Assembly: GCA_022447685.1 (NCBI GenBank)
Contig: JAKVAO010000004.1
Location: 1,978 to 65,977, forward strand
Length of the DNA stretch: 64,000 bases
Direction of reading: 5' to 3'
Source: Candidatus Caenarcanales bacterium
GTDB taxonomy: Bacteria; Cyanobacteriota; Vampirovibrionia; LMEP-6097
Shown here piece after piece: positions 27,963 to 37,727 of the stretch (position 1 is its first letter; each line of letters opens with the position of its first letter). The notes below the pieces were generated by a model, which was given only the letters and a program-made list of their open reading frames with translations, was not told where the DNA came from and did not search any database. Position numbers and translations under genes: made by a program.

Positions 27963-29342
27963 GTGGACTATATCAAGAAAGAAGATGTAGAGTATTTAGT
28001 CTTTGAAGGTGGCGGAGGGGCAGGTAATGCCTTTCCCGGTGCCCTAAATGCTTTAGAAGAATTAAAGATACTTCAATTCAAAAAAAATAAAGTAGTAGGA
28101 AAAATAAGAGGCTTTGGTGGAGCTTCTGCTGGGGCAATTAATGCTCTATTCCTCTCTTTAGGATATAGTCCCAGTGAAATGCAAACTATACTTGATCAAA
28201 ACAACTTCGAGGATTTCTTTGACACACCAAACATCACCCATAGACCATATACTTTTACTGCTAAGAAAAGTACTAAAGTAAAAGATGACTTAGCAAAGCT
28301 TGCAAAAGAACTTGAGCAAGGAGTTTTTGGGAATATCTTTAAATATTGTTTTGGATGGATTTTATCAAATAAAGCAATAAGTAGCTTAGCCTGGGGAACC
28401 ATAGCTGCAGGTTATACGATGCTTAGTTACTTTTTTGGTGCAGCTCTTTCAGCCATAAGCATAGTCATGATGGGTAAAATGCCACAACAAATGCTTAAAA
28501 AAATAAAAGATAACCTGAAAAATAATAAAGTACAATTCTCCTTACTTTTCCACTATGGAATTTTCCCAGGTTTTACTTTTAGACACTTTCTAAATAAATA
28601 CATTAAACTTGCTGTAAATAGAGTCGGAGCCTCTGATATAAGTGGTGATGAAATTACTATCAGTGGAGTTAAGAAAAAAATTCAAGACATTAACTTTGCT
28701 GACCATGAAAAGATTTTCGGCATAAAGTTAATAGTTACTGGAACCAATCTAGAAACTATGAAAAGTGTCCAGTTCAGTTCTCTTACTACTCCTAATTTTC
28801 CTATTGCTGATGCCGTAAGAATCTCAATGAGTATTCCTATGGCATTTCAGCCTTTAATCCTAAAAGATGACAATGATCTTAGACAAGTAATCAAAAGTGG
28901 AGAAAACCCAAGAAACCATTTCCTCAAAGGAGTCTGGGTTGATGGAGGTTTACTCAACAACGCCCCTGTAGCAGCTTTTGATCAAATAGCTGGAACTCAT
29001 ACTAAAACACTTGCTCTTAGATTAAGACAGGATGAAAGAAGTGAAATAGAAACAGTTTTTGATTTCTTCAAAATCTATCCACTTAGTTTAGGACTTATGG
29101 GTACTGGTGAAGCTTATATCGATAATGCTGCAAGTACCTTTGATAGAACTATCAATATCAAGGTGAAAAATAGTGAAATGGGTTTATTTGATTTTAAAGT
29201 GGATAAAGCAACCTTTACAAAAGTAAATGATAGATCTAAGAAGACGGTCAAAGACTTTTTTGCAAGTGCAGCAGCTATCCAAAGAATTAAAGATGAAGCA
29301 CAGAAAACTGGTTCAGGTGAGTATCCTGTTAATGATTTATAA
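27963..29342 (+). CDS. patatin-like phospholipase
   Basis: Glycine-rich oxyanion loop FEGGGGAGNAFPG, serine hydrolase motif GASAGA (G-x-S-x-G) and the Asp dyad motif VDGGLLNNAPV. GTG start with an AAGGTG SD. Carries a hydrophobic insert (AWGTIAAGYTMLSYFFGAALSAISIVMMG). Confidence 0.8.
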   Translation: MDYIKKEDVEYLVFEGGGGAGNAFPGALNALEELKILQFKKNKVVGKIRGFGGASAGAINALFLSLGYSPSEMQTILDQNNFEDFFDTPNITHRPYTFTAKKSTKVKDDLAKLAKELEQGVFGNIFKYCFGWILSNKAISSLAWGTIAAGYTMLSYFFGAALSAISIVMMGKMPQQMLKKIKDNLKNNKVQFSLLFHYGIFPGFTFRHFLNKYIKLAVNRVGASDISGDEITISGVKKKIQDINFADHEKIFGIKLIVTGTNLETMKSVQFSSLTTPNFPIADAVRISMSIPMAFQPLILKDDNDLRQVIKSGENPRNHFLKGVWVDGGLLNNAPVAAFDQIAGTHTKTLALRLRQDERSEIETVFDFFKIYPLSLGLMGTGEAYIDNAASTFDRTINIKVKNSEMGLFDFKVDKATFTKVNDRSKKTVKDFFASAAAIQRIKDEAQKTGSGEYPVNDL

Positions 29343-29350
29343 TAAATCTG

Positions 29351-30145
29351 ATGGATAAAAAAGCAGATATTGGAATTTTTGGTGGTAGTGGACTCTACTC
29401 TTTCTTAGAAAACGTAGAAGAAGTTCAAGTAGAGAGTGAATATGGACCCTGCTCAGATTCAGTATTCATAGGAGAATACGCCGGTAAAAAAATAGCTTTC
29501 TTACCACGTCACGGACGCAAACATACTATCCCACCTCATAAGATCAACTACCGAGCAAACGTAAACGCCATGAAAAAACTAGGAGTAAGCTCAGTAATCT
29601 GCCCATGTGCTGTAGGAAGTTTAAAAAAAGAAATAGAACCGGGTCACTTTGTAATAGCAGACCAGTGGGTTGATAGAACGAATGGCAGAGCCGATACTTT
29701 CTTTGATGGACCTATTGCAACACATGTCAGTGCTGCTTATCCTTATATAGAAGAATTAAGAAAACTCGCTATAAATTCTGCAAAAGAAAACTCTATTACC
29801 GTACATGAAAAAGGTACTATAGCTGTTATTAATGGTCCTAGATTCAGTTCAAGAGCAGAATCTGAATGGTTTACAAAAATGGGATGGGATATTATAAATA
29901 TGACCCAATACCCTGAAGCACATCTAGTAAGAGAAGCCGGTATGGCATGTGTAAATATTTCTTTAGTTACTGACTATGACTGTGGTTTAGTAGCTGATTG
30001 TGAACCAGTTAGTCACGCTGCTGTTTTCGAAGTATTTAATAACAATATTGATAAATTAAGAAAAATGTTATTCACCTTAATTGAAAAAATTCCAGTAGGA
30101 GAATATTGGGGTGCAGACAAGGTTTTAGAAAACTCTAGATTTTAA
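29351..30145 (+). CDS. mtnP: S-methyl-5'-thioadenosine phosphorylase (PNP/MTAP family)
   Basis: IGIFGGSGLY, RHGRKHTIPPHKINYRANV and IINMTQYPEAHLVREAGMACVNISLVTDYD are MTAP blocks. It starts 8 nt after the patatin stop. Confidence 0.85.
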   Translation: MDKKADIGIFGGSGLYSFLENVEEVQVESEYGPCSDSVFIGEYAGKKIAFLPRHGRKHTIPPHKINYRANVNAMKKLGVSSVICPCAVGSLKKEIEPGHFVIADQWVDRTNGRADTFFDGPIATHVSAAYPYIEELRKLAINSAKENSITVHEKGTIAVINGPRFSSRAESEWFTKMGWDIINMTQYPEAHLVREAGMACVNISLVTDYDCGLVADCEPVSHAAVFEVFNNNIDKLRKMLFTLIEKIPVGEYWGADKVLENSRF

Positions 30146-30171
30146 TTACATTAATACTCTAATTTATACAA

Positions 30172-30204
30172 TAAAAAAAGCCGCTCATAATGAGCGGCTT
30201 TTTC
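30172..30204. terminator. bidirectional rho-independent terminator AAAAAAAGCCGCTCATAATGAGCGGCTTTTTC
   Basis: 8-bp GC-rich stem GCCGCTCA/TGAGCGGC with a 3-nt loop, flanked by an A-run and a T-run. It lies between the convergent mtnP and giant-protein genes. Confidence 0.8.
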
Positions 30205-30225
30205 ATGACGAATGAGAGAATTATT

Positions 30226-33200
30226 TTAGTTAACCTCTTTGTATCTAAGTTTCACAACTGGGTTTGAAATACTGTCATCCAAAACTTCTATTTCCAAAAG
30301 ATTATCTGATCCAGCAATATAAGTACTGTTATCAACTTTAATGAAATAACTTGGGAAACTTGGGGTAAAAAAGCCAGTTAACCTTAAGAAATATCTATGA
30401 CCTTGATGTAAATTAGTTGCTGTAAAAGTAGTATTGGAAGTCATAGTCTTAGTGAAATAACTATGTTCAGCACTTAAATCAATTACATTGCCAACTAAAA
30501 CACCCTTATCAGTAGTAAGAGAAGAAATAGTACCTGGTGCTAAGTCAGCAGCAGTAATACTACCATCTTGAATATCATCACCAGTTAAAGATTCATCTAG
30601 AACTTTATCTGTGGTAACAGCATCAGGAGCTAACTTAGTATTAATTACACTGCCATCTGCCAAATCTACTGTATCAATAGTTCCATCTAAAATATCAACT
30701 GAAGTAATTGAGTTATCAGCAATCTCAGTTGTAGTAACAGAAGCAGGTCCAACAGTAATTGCACCTAAAGTACTTGGGTGAAGATCCTGAGGTAGAATAG
30801 TTCCATCAAGTATCTTAGTTGTAGTTACTGCATTTGGTCCTATTTTCTGATTAGTTACCGCCGAGATACCAAGATCAGCACTTTGAATCGAAGCATCTAA
30901 AATATGGAAAGAGTTTACAGCAGAGCCTAAAATTTTGTCAGATGTCACCGATGAATTAGCGATTTTTATTGATGTAACCGATGCTGAAGCTAGTTTGGTA
31001 TCAGTTATAGAAAAATCTGCTATCTTTGATGTAGTAACCGAGTCATTAATTAACTTAGGCGTTGATATAGAATTATTAGCAATCTTAGCTGCTGTTACAG
31101 CATTATTTGCTAATTTTGCTGTTGTTATTGAACCATCAGCAACAGTAAGAGAAGTTAATACAACTGGATCTAGATCTGCTACTTGGATAGTGCCGTCTAA
31201 TATCTTACTACTTGTTACTGCATCTACAGCAAGCTTAGGGGTCGTTACACTACCATCAGCTAAATCAACTGTCACAATAGTACCGTTTTGGATATTGGAA
31301 GATAAAATTGTATTGTTTGCTATTTGAACATTAGTAATAGAGTTATTGGTAATATTTGATGCTGTTATCGTACCTGAAGCTAAATCAGCACCTGTTATTG
31401 TTCCATCCAAGATCTTGTCAGTTGTGACAACATCTGCAGCAAGCTTAGGATTAGTTACGCTACCATCAGCAAGCATAGCTGTAGTTACTGAACCTGCTCC
31501 AGGTACCACAGAACTTAGGACACTTGGATCTAAGTCTGCTACTTGGATAGTTCCATCTAGAATCTTGTTACTTGTTACTGCGTCTGTAGCGAGTTTAGAG
31601 TTGGTTATACTACCATCAGCTAAGTCTACAGTCTGGATTGTGCCATCCTGAATATTTGTAGATAGGATAGTATCGTTGTCTATCTGAATATTGGTAATAG
31701 AATTATTTGTAATGTTTGATGCAGTTATCGTTCCTGGGGCTAAGTCTGCACCAATAATTGTTCCATCTAGAATCTTTCCAGTGGTTACTGCATCTGAAGC
31801 AAGCTTAGGATTAGTTACACTACCATCTGCTAAGTCTACTGTTTGAACACCACCATCTTGGATCTTAATACTAGTTACTGAATTATCAGCTAGAGAACCA
31901 GTACTAATAGTTCCTGGAGCTAGGTCATCGATTGTGATCGAACCGTCTAAAATATCATCACCAGTTAAACTTTCATCTACTACTTTTGTAGTGTCTACCG
32001 CATCACCTGCTAGTTTCACTAATGTTACTGCTGCATCTGCTAGATCAGCTTCCATTACTTCACCATCTAGAATCTTTCCAGTGGTTACTGCATCTGAAGC
32101 TAATTTAAGATTAGTTACACTACCATCAGCCAAGTCTACAGTTGCAATAGTACCGTCTACTATCTTGATACTTGTTACTGAATTGTCTGCAAGTATTGTA
32201 TTAGTTACTGAACCTGCTCCAGGTACCACAGAACTTAGGACACTTGGATCTAAGTCTGCTACTTGGATAGTTCCATCTAGAATCTTGTTACTTGTTACTG
32301 CGTCTGTAGCGAGTTTAGAGTTGGTCATACTACCATCAGCTAAGTCTACAGTCTGGATTGTGCCATCCTGGATATTAGTAGACAAGATTGTATCGTTGTC
32401 TATCTGAATATTAGTAATAGAATTATTTGTAATGTTTGATGCAGTTATCGTCCCTGGGGCTAAATCTGCGCCTGTGATAGTACCATCTAAGATTTTATCT
32501 GTGGTAACTGCATCTGGAGCTAGTTTCACATTAGTCACACTACCATCTGCAAGAGAACCTGTACTAATAGTTCCTGGAGCTAAATCATCAACAGTAATTG
32601 AGCCATCTTGAATATCATCACCAGTTAAGCTTTCATCAACTACCTTTGTAGTATCTACAGAATCTACTGCTAACTTAACTAATGTCACAGCATCGTCTGC
32701 TAAATCATCTGTGATAATTGTTTCATCTAAAATCTTGTCTGTTGTTACTGCATCTGAAGCTAATTTAGGATTAGTTACGCTACCATCTGCTAAGTCTACC
32801 GTTTCAATAGTACCGTCTATTATCTTGATACTTGTTACTGAATTATCTGCAAGTATTGTATTAGTTACTGAACCTGCTCCAGGTACTACTGAAGTGAGTA
32901 CACTTGGATCTAAATCAGCAACTTGAATAGTTCCATCTAAAATCTTATTACCTGTTACAGCGTCATCAGCTAATTTAGGATTAGTTACAGCTAGGTTTCT
33001 AATTTTATTAGTTCTAACTGCATTGTTTCTAATCTTACTAGTTCTAACACTTGCATTGGCAAGATCAGCAGTAGCTATAGTTCCATCTAAAATTTTATCT
33101 GTTGTTACTGCATCTGCTGCAAGTTTAGGATTAGTTACACTACCGTCTGCAAGAGAACCTGTACTAATAGTTCCTGGAGCTAAATCATCAACAGTAATTG

Positions 33201-35679
33201 AACCATCTTGAATATCATCACCAGTTAAACTTTCATCAACTATCTTTGTCGTATCTACAGAGTCTGCCGCTAACTTAACTAATGTCACAGCATCGTCTGC
33301 TAAATCATCTGTAATAATTGTTTCATCTAAAATCTTGTCTGTTGTTACTGCATCTGCTCCAAGTTTAGGATTAGTTACACTACCATCTGCAAGCTCTGTT
33401 GTACCTACAGAACCTGGAGTAATACCAGTGATATCAGATAATCTTGCAAGAGTACCATCTCCCTCTGGAAGAGTTAAGTTTACATCTGCTGTGCTTGCAC
33501 CATTTAAAATGAATTTTGCATTATAAGTTAAGCCATCAAATGTTATCGCTTCTGTTGTAGCACTACCATTACTACTCTTTAATCTTAAAGCTTCATCCAA
33601 AGAATTCAATACTGTTGTATCTAAGTCTGCTACAGTGATCGTGCCATCTAGAATCTCATCAGAAGTTACTGAACCTGTATCTAAATCATCTGCTGTTAAT
33701 GAATTGTCTATAACCTTATCTGAATTAACTGAATCTGTTGCTAACTTGAGAACTGTTACATGACCATCTGTAATCTTGTCTGTAGTAACACTATCATTTG
33801 CTAAATCTACTGACGTAATAGTGCCATCAAAAATATTTCCACCAGTCAAAGTATTAGGAGCTACATCAGCACCGAAAATAGAGCCGTCCTGAATATCAAC
33901 ACCAGTTAAAGTACCGTCAATAACTTTATCTGAATTAACTGAATCTATTGCTAGTTTTAAAACTGTTACATGACCGTCTGTGATCTTACTTGTAGTAACT
34001 GCATCATCGGCTAGATCAGCTGTTCCTACTTCACCATCTAAAATTTTATCTGTTGTTACTGCATCTGCTGCAAGTTTAGGATTAGTTACACTACCATCTG
34101 CAAGCTCTGTTGTACCTACAGAACCTGGAGTAATACCAGTAATATCAGATAATCTTGCTAAAGTACCATCTCCCTCTGGAAGAGTTAAGTTCACATCTGC
34201 TGTGCTTGCACCATTTAAAATGAATTTTGCATTGTAAGTTAAACCATCAAATGTTATCGCTTCTGTTGTAGCACTAGCATTACTACTTTTAAGTCTTAAA
34301 GCTTCATCCAAAGAATTTAATACTGCTGTATCTAAGTCTGCTGCCGTGATTGTGCCATCATCTATCTTGTCAGTTGTTACCGCATCTGCTGCTAATTTAG
34401 GATTAGTTACACTACCATCTGCTAACTGAGCAGTATTCACAGTTCCATTACCAGGAGTTAAACCTACTAAATCCTCTAATCTTGCTACAGTACCGTTTGC
34501 TGCAGGCAAAGTTAAATTAGTTAATTCAGCCTGAGAATTCAATACAGTATTAAAATTACCAATATAGGTTGTGAACTTAGTAGTGTCAGTAGAGCTTTGC
34601 AGCTTCTTAACTGAATCATCACCATCAGGATTAAAAACAAAGTTTCTTCTAGTACTATTAGAAGTGAAATATAAATCACCTGAATTATCAAATTCAAAAG
34701 CACCTTCTGTAAGTGAGCTTGGTAGAGGACTTGGTCTAAATCTCATAATTGGTAACTCTTGAGAATTATCACCTGGAGCTATATCCAAAGTCGCCTCAGG
34801 ACTATCTTCATTAATACCAATTCTTCTATTAGAGTCTATAACTAGAATAGGAACCGATGGATCTGTGCTTGATGTTACAGCCATGATTTTACCGTTTTGA
34901 ACAATAATTGGAAGATCACCAGAAATACCAGAAGTTTCAGTTCCAGGATTAGCCTCTGAAGTTTCAGAATCAAAGTCTACTACTTCATTAGAACCATATC
35001 TTAGTCTTTTACGTCTAACTACCTCTCTTTTGCGAGAAGGAACAACTGGAATATTTACCTCAACAGTATTATTTTGGTTATCAGAAACAACAGAAATAGC
35101 CTTAGAATTACCTCTTGTGCTAGCATTCCATCTAACGTTGTTTACAAGGAAATCCATCACAGTTTCTTTAACTGAATCATAATCAGGGTTTACACTTTGA
35201 GCTAAATTATTTGCATAAACACCTTCAGCGTTTAAATCTACACTATTAGTTAATAATAATTTATCGTTAGAAGCATACCACTCGATGTAAACAGTTTTAG
35301 ATCCAGTAAATGGCATTAAAGGTAAATCTAATTGATAATCTTTTAAATTTTTCTTACCCTTTGGGAATTTTACGTAGGTTTTTGAAATTACATCTTTTTG
35401 TCCTAAAGCATTAACCTCATATGCTCTATACGAAAAAGAATCTTCCGTACTATCAGGAGCCAAAAATAAATTTGGGCTTACCCTTAATCTTAGACGCGCC
35501 TCACTTTCTGGAAAAACTTTATTAAAGTCTTCATCCTGGCCAAATACGTTAATATCGCATTCACCTGATACACATTCCAAAGGAACGAACTGAGCCTTCG
35601 CTATATTTGGCATGAAATAGCCCTGCAGTAAAACTGCACATAGCAAGGTCAAGGTTAAGGTTTGTCTAAGTAATTTCAT
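30226..35679 (-). CDS. giant secreted repeat protein (1817 aa), decapeptide-repeat beta-solenoid-like; putative surface adhesin
   Basis: N-terminal signal peptide MKLLRQTLTLTLLCAVLLQGYF. A non-repeat head of about 430 aa is followed by roughly 130 copies of a ~10-aa unit ([IL]-x-[DN]-[GA]-[ST]-[IV]-T-x-x-[KND], for example LADGSVTNPKLAADAVTTDKILDGTI), and then a C-terminal domain of about 100 aa. Confidence 0.8.
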   Translation of the reverse strand: MKLLRQTLTLTLLCAVLLQGYFMPNIAKAQFVPLECVSGECDINVFGQDEDFNKVFPESEARLRLRVSPNLFLAPDSTEDSFSYRAYEVNALGQKDVISKTYVKFPKGKKNLKDYQLDLPLMPFTGSKTVYIEWYASNDKLLLTNSVDLNAEGVYANNLAQSVNPDYDSVKETVMDFLVNNVRWNASTRGNSKAISVVSDNQNNTVEVNIPVVPSRKREVVRRKRLRYGSNEVVDFDSETSEANPGTETSGISGDLPIIVQNGKIMAVTSSTDPSVPILVIDSNRRIGINEDSPEATLDIAPGDNSQELPIMRFRPSPLPSSLTEGAFEFDNSGDLYFTSNSTRRNFVFNPDGDDSVKKLQSSTDTTKFTTYIGNFNTVLNSQAELTNLTLPAANGTVARLEDLVGLTPGNGTVNTAQLADGSVTNPKLAADAVTTDKIDDGTITAADLDTAVLNSLDEALRLKSSNASATTEAITFDGLTYNAKFILNGASTADVNLTLPEGDGTLARLSDITGITPGSVGTTELADGSVTNPKLAADAVTTDKILDGEVGTADLADDAVTTSKITDGHVTVLKLAIDSVNSDKVIDGTLTGVDIQDGSIFGADVAPNTLTGGNIFDGTITSVDLANDSVTTDKITDGHVTVLKLATDSVNSDKVIDNSLTADDLDTGSVTSDEILDGTITVADLDTTVLNSLDEALRLKSSNGSATTEAITFDGLTYNAKFILNGASTADVNLTLPEGDGTLARLSDITGITPGSVGTTELADGSVTNPKLGADAVTTDKILDETIITDDLADDAVTLVKLAADSVDTTKIVDESLTGDDIQDGSITVDDLAPGTISTGSLADGSVTNPKLAADAVTTDKILDGTIATADLANASVRTSKIRNNAVRTNKIRNLAVTNPKLADDAVTGNKILDGTIQVADLDPSVLTSVVPGAGSVTNTILADNSVTSIKIIDGTIETVDLADGSVTNPKLASDAVTTDKILDETIITDDLADDAVTLVKLAVDSVDTTKVVDESLTGDDIQDGSITVDDLAPGTISTGSLADGSVTNVKLAPDAVTTDKILDGTITGADLAPGTITASNITNNSITNIQIDNDTILSTNIQDGTIQTVDLADGSMTNSKLATDAVTSNKILDGTIQVADLDPSVLSSVVPGAGSVTNTILADNSVTSIKIVDGTIATVDLADGSVTNLKLASDAVTTGKILDGEVMEADLADAAVTLVKLAGDAVDTTKVVDESLTGDDILDGSITIDDLAPGTISTGSLADNSVTSIKIQDGGVQTVDLADGSVTNPKLASDAVTTGKILDGTIIGADLAPGTITASNITNNSITNIQIDNDTILSTNIQDGTIQTVDLADGSITNSKLATDAVTSNKILDGTIQVADLDPSVLSSVVPGAGSVTTAMLADGSVTNPKLAADVVTTDKILDGTITGADLASGTITASNITNNSITNVQIANNTILSSNIQNGTIVTVDLADGSVTTPKLAVDAVTSSKILDGTIQVADLDPVVLTSLTVADGSITTAKLANNAVTAAKIANNSISTPKLINDSVTTSKIADFSITDTKLASASVTSIKIANSSVTSDKILGSAVNSFHILDASIQSADLGISAVTNQKIGPNAVTTTKILDGTILPQDLHPSTLGAITVGPASVTTTEIADNSITSVDILDGTIDTVDLADGSVINTKLAPDAVTTDKVLDESLTGDDIQDGSITAADLAPGTISSLTTDKGVLVGNVIDLSAEHSYFTKTMTSNTTFTATNLHQGHRYFLRLTGFFTPSFPSYFIKVDNSTYIAGSDNLLEIEVLDDSISNPVVKLRYKEVN
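31490..34340. repeat. higher-order tandem duplications (units of 600 to 720 bp, more than 90% identical) inside the giant gene
   Basis: Near-identical segments occur starting at 31491 and 32211 (720-bp period), at 32551 and 33151 (600 bp), and at 33361 and 34072 (711 bp). Confidence 0.7.
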
Positions 35680-35837
35680 ATTTATCCTCGTAATTATTTA
35701 AATACTGAAAATCAAATTAAAAATCCTAACTCAATGGAACAGTATTTACATCTAAAAATTATATTATTTTGAAAGTCGTTATGTCAAAATAAGATATCCA
35801 AAATATATAAATAGTGAAAATTAATAAATTTACTATA

Positions 35838-35880
35838 AAATAAAAAACCCCCTTCAAAAAGCTGAAGAGGGTCTGTTAAA
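35838..35880 (-). terminator. probable rho-independent terminator downstream of the SOD gene
   Basis: On the minus strand: CCCTCTTCAGCTTTTTGAAGGGGG followed by TTTTTT. The stem is imperfect. Confidence 0.4.
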
Positions 35881-35911
35881 TAAGGATTTTCCTATGAAAT
35901 TATTTTTGAAA

Positions 35912-36568
35912 TTAAGCAGCTACAGCTTCTAAATCAATGATTTTTTTGCCAGATTTAGCAGCAGCATAATATTCAGCTATTTTGTTCCAATTGATCATTT
36001 TCCAGAAAGTAGCGATAAAATCAGGTCTTCTATTCTGTACTTCTAAATAGTAAGCATGCTCCCAAACATCAAGAACCATAACTGGTTTCTTGTCAGAATC
36101 CATTAAACAGTTATCTTGGTTTACAGTATTCTCGATATTTAAAGAACCATCAGTATTTACAGTTAACCAAGTCCAACCACTACCAAATAAAGTAGCAGCA
36201 CTGTTAGAGAATTTTTCTTTGAAAGCTTCAAAACTACCAAAATCTTTGTTGATTTGTTCAGCTAATTCACCACTAGGAGCTTCAGGAGCATTAGGTCCTA
36301 AAATATTCCAGAAAAGTGTGTGGTTATAGTGACCACCACCATTATTGATAACAGCTTGTCTTTTGTCAGCTGGGAAGTCTTTAGTTTTAAGACCAGTTAA
36401 TAATTCTTCGATAGCAGTGTTTTCAAAACCTGTTCCTTCAAGAGCAGCGTTTAATTTAGTTACATAAGCATTGTGGTGTTTTCCATAATGGAATTCTAAA
36501 GTGCTAGCTTGATAGTTAGGCTCAAGAGCATTCATTTCCCATGGAAGTGCAGGTAAAGTATGTGGCAT
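35912..36568 (-). CDS. Fe/Mn-family superoxide dismutase
   Basis: ALEPNYQASTLEFHYGKHHNAYV, GGGHYNHTLFW and DVWEHAYY are SodA/SodB family signatures. The metal cofactor cannot be called from sequence alone. Confidence 0.9.
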   Translation of the reverse strand: MPHTLPALPWEMNALEPNYQASTLEFHYGKHHNAYVTKLNAALEGTGFENTAIEELLTGLKTKDFPADKRQAVINNGGGHYNHTLFWNILGPNAPEAPSGELAEQINKDFGSFEAFKEKFSNSAATLFGSGWTWLTVNTDGSLNIENTVNQDNCLMDSDKKPVMVLDVWEHAYYLEVQNRRPDFIATFWKMINWNKIAEYYAAAKSGKKIIDLEAVAA

Positions 36569-36863
36569 ATTTCAGTGTCTCCTTGTTAATCTTTAGTATT
36601 TACTAAAATTTTATTCCACCTATTATTATTGCAAATCATAAGACTTAGTGAAGAAAACGAAAATCGTTCTCAATAAAAGAAAGCTAAGCTCTAATAAAGC
36701 TTGCATAAAATGCAGATTATTTACAACTGAGATAAGAAGAACTTAACTTTAATAAGTTATATAATCTATGGTGTGTGTAGTCTAAAGCTACTAAAAACTA
36801 AATAGAATACTTAAAACATTGAGTGTTATCAATAGTGTGTTTGATCATCCGGGAGGGCAGTGA

Positions 36864-37049
36864 ATGAATACAGACTGTAAAACACTAGAAGATGTTTGTG
36901 AATCAAAGTCTATGAGAAGACTCGACTCGCTTCGTGGTGAACTGGTATGCGAACAGTTAAAGGATCACGAGGATGAAGTTCTAGAGTCCTTTAGAGACAT
37001 TGAGCAAATAAATACACTTCTAGAAAATCGACAAAGAAAGCTTTTTTAA
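36864..37049 (+). CDS. small hypothetical protein (61 aa)
   Basis: Strong SD GGGAGGG 6 nt upstream of the ATG. Acidic, helical composition. Two perfect hairpins (9-bp and 11-bp stems) follow at 37050..37125. Confidence 0.35.
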   Translation: MNTDCKTLEDVCESKSMRRLDSLRGELVCEQLKDHEDEVLESFRDIEQINTLLENRQRKLF

Positions 37050-37134
37050 GTAAGAAACCTCTCTTACTTAAGTCGCCATCAAGAAAAGTCCACGCCTGTT
37101 TCTTTGGACTTTTCTTGACTTTGCTTTCAAACAT

Positions 37135-37689
37135 TTATATAAGTTCAGGTAGAGTAACAACTACGTTTGCTCTAACCGGAACAGCTTTAGAAACGTCTTT
37201 ATTACCATTAGATGTAGATTTAGCCCAAGGACTAGCTTTAGCCTTCAGTTTAAATTTAAGCTCCCTAGTATCTGAATCATAGTTAACAACAGTTAAAGTT
37301 CCAGTAGCACTAGTATCATCTGTAGATGTAATACCAGTAGTCTTAGTATTTAAACCATTGATTTTAGTTTTTTGACCTTGGAAAACGATTACAGCTTGAT
37401 TAACATCTTCATTCGCTGTAGATGTAATATCAAGTTTGGTACCTTTCTCTAATAACTCAACAGCATTTGTGGGAAGAATAACAGTTAAAGTACCAGAAAC
37501 AGTTCCTTTAGCTCCACCTAAAGTGATATTAATTCTATCCGCTTGCTGAACTGCTGCAACAGAATTACCACCTTCAGAGTTGCTTACACTTCTATAAGCA
37601 ACAAAACCGAATTTAACTTTAGCTTTATCCTTAGCAAAAACTGCTGAACACATTAATAAAACACTTAATACACAGAATATTTTTTTCAT
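37135..37689 (-). CDS. secreted hypothetical protein (184 aa), T/S/G-rich, beta-rich
   Basis: Signal peptide MKKIFCVLSVLLMCSAVFA followed by a mature domain with no assignable family. Confidence 0.55.
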   Translation of the reverse strand: MKKIFCVLSVLLMCSAVFAKDKAKVKFGFVAYRSVSNSEGGNSVAAVQQADRINITLGGAKGTVSGTLTVILPTNAVELLEKGTKLDITSTANEDVNQAVIVFQGQKTKINGLNTKTTGITSTDDTSATGTLTVVNYDSDTRELKFKLKAKASPWAKSTSNGNKDVSKAVPVRANVVVTLPELI

Positions 37690-37727
37690 TATTTTGATCT
37701 CCTAATATTTGCTGATTATATATTAAA

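Noticed and set aside
30935-34762. Eight plus-strand ORFs of 62 to 157 aa inside the giant minus-strand gene (VTASxASLGLVTLPSA... repeats).
   Set aside because: They are the antisense reading of a periodic decapeptide-repeat coding sequence and repeat with the same period. They are not independent genes.
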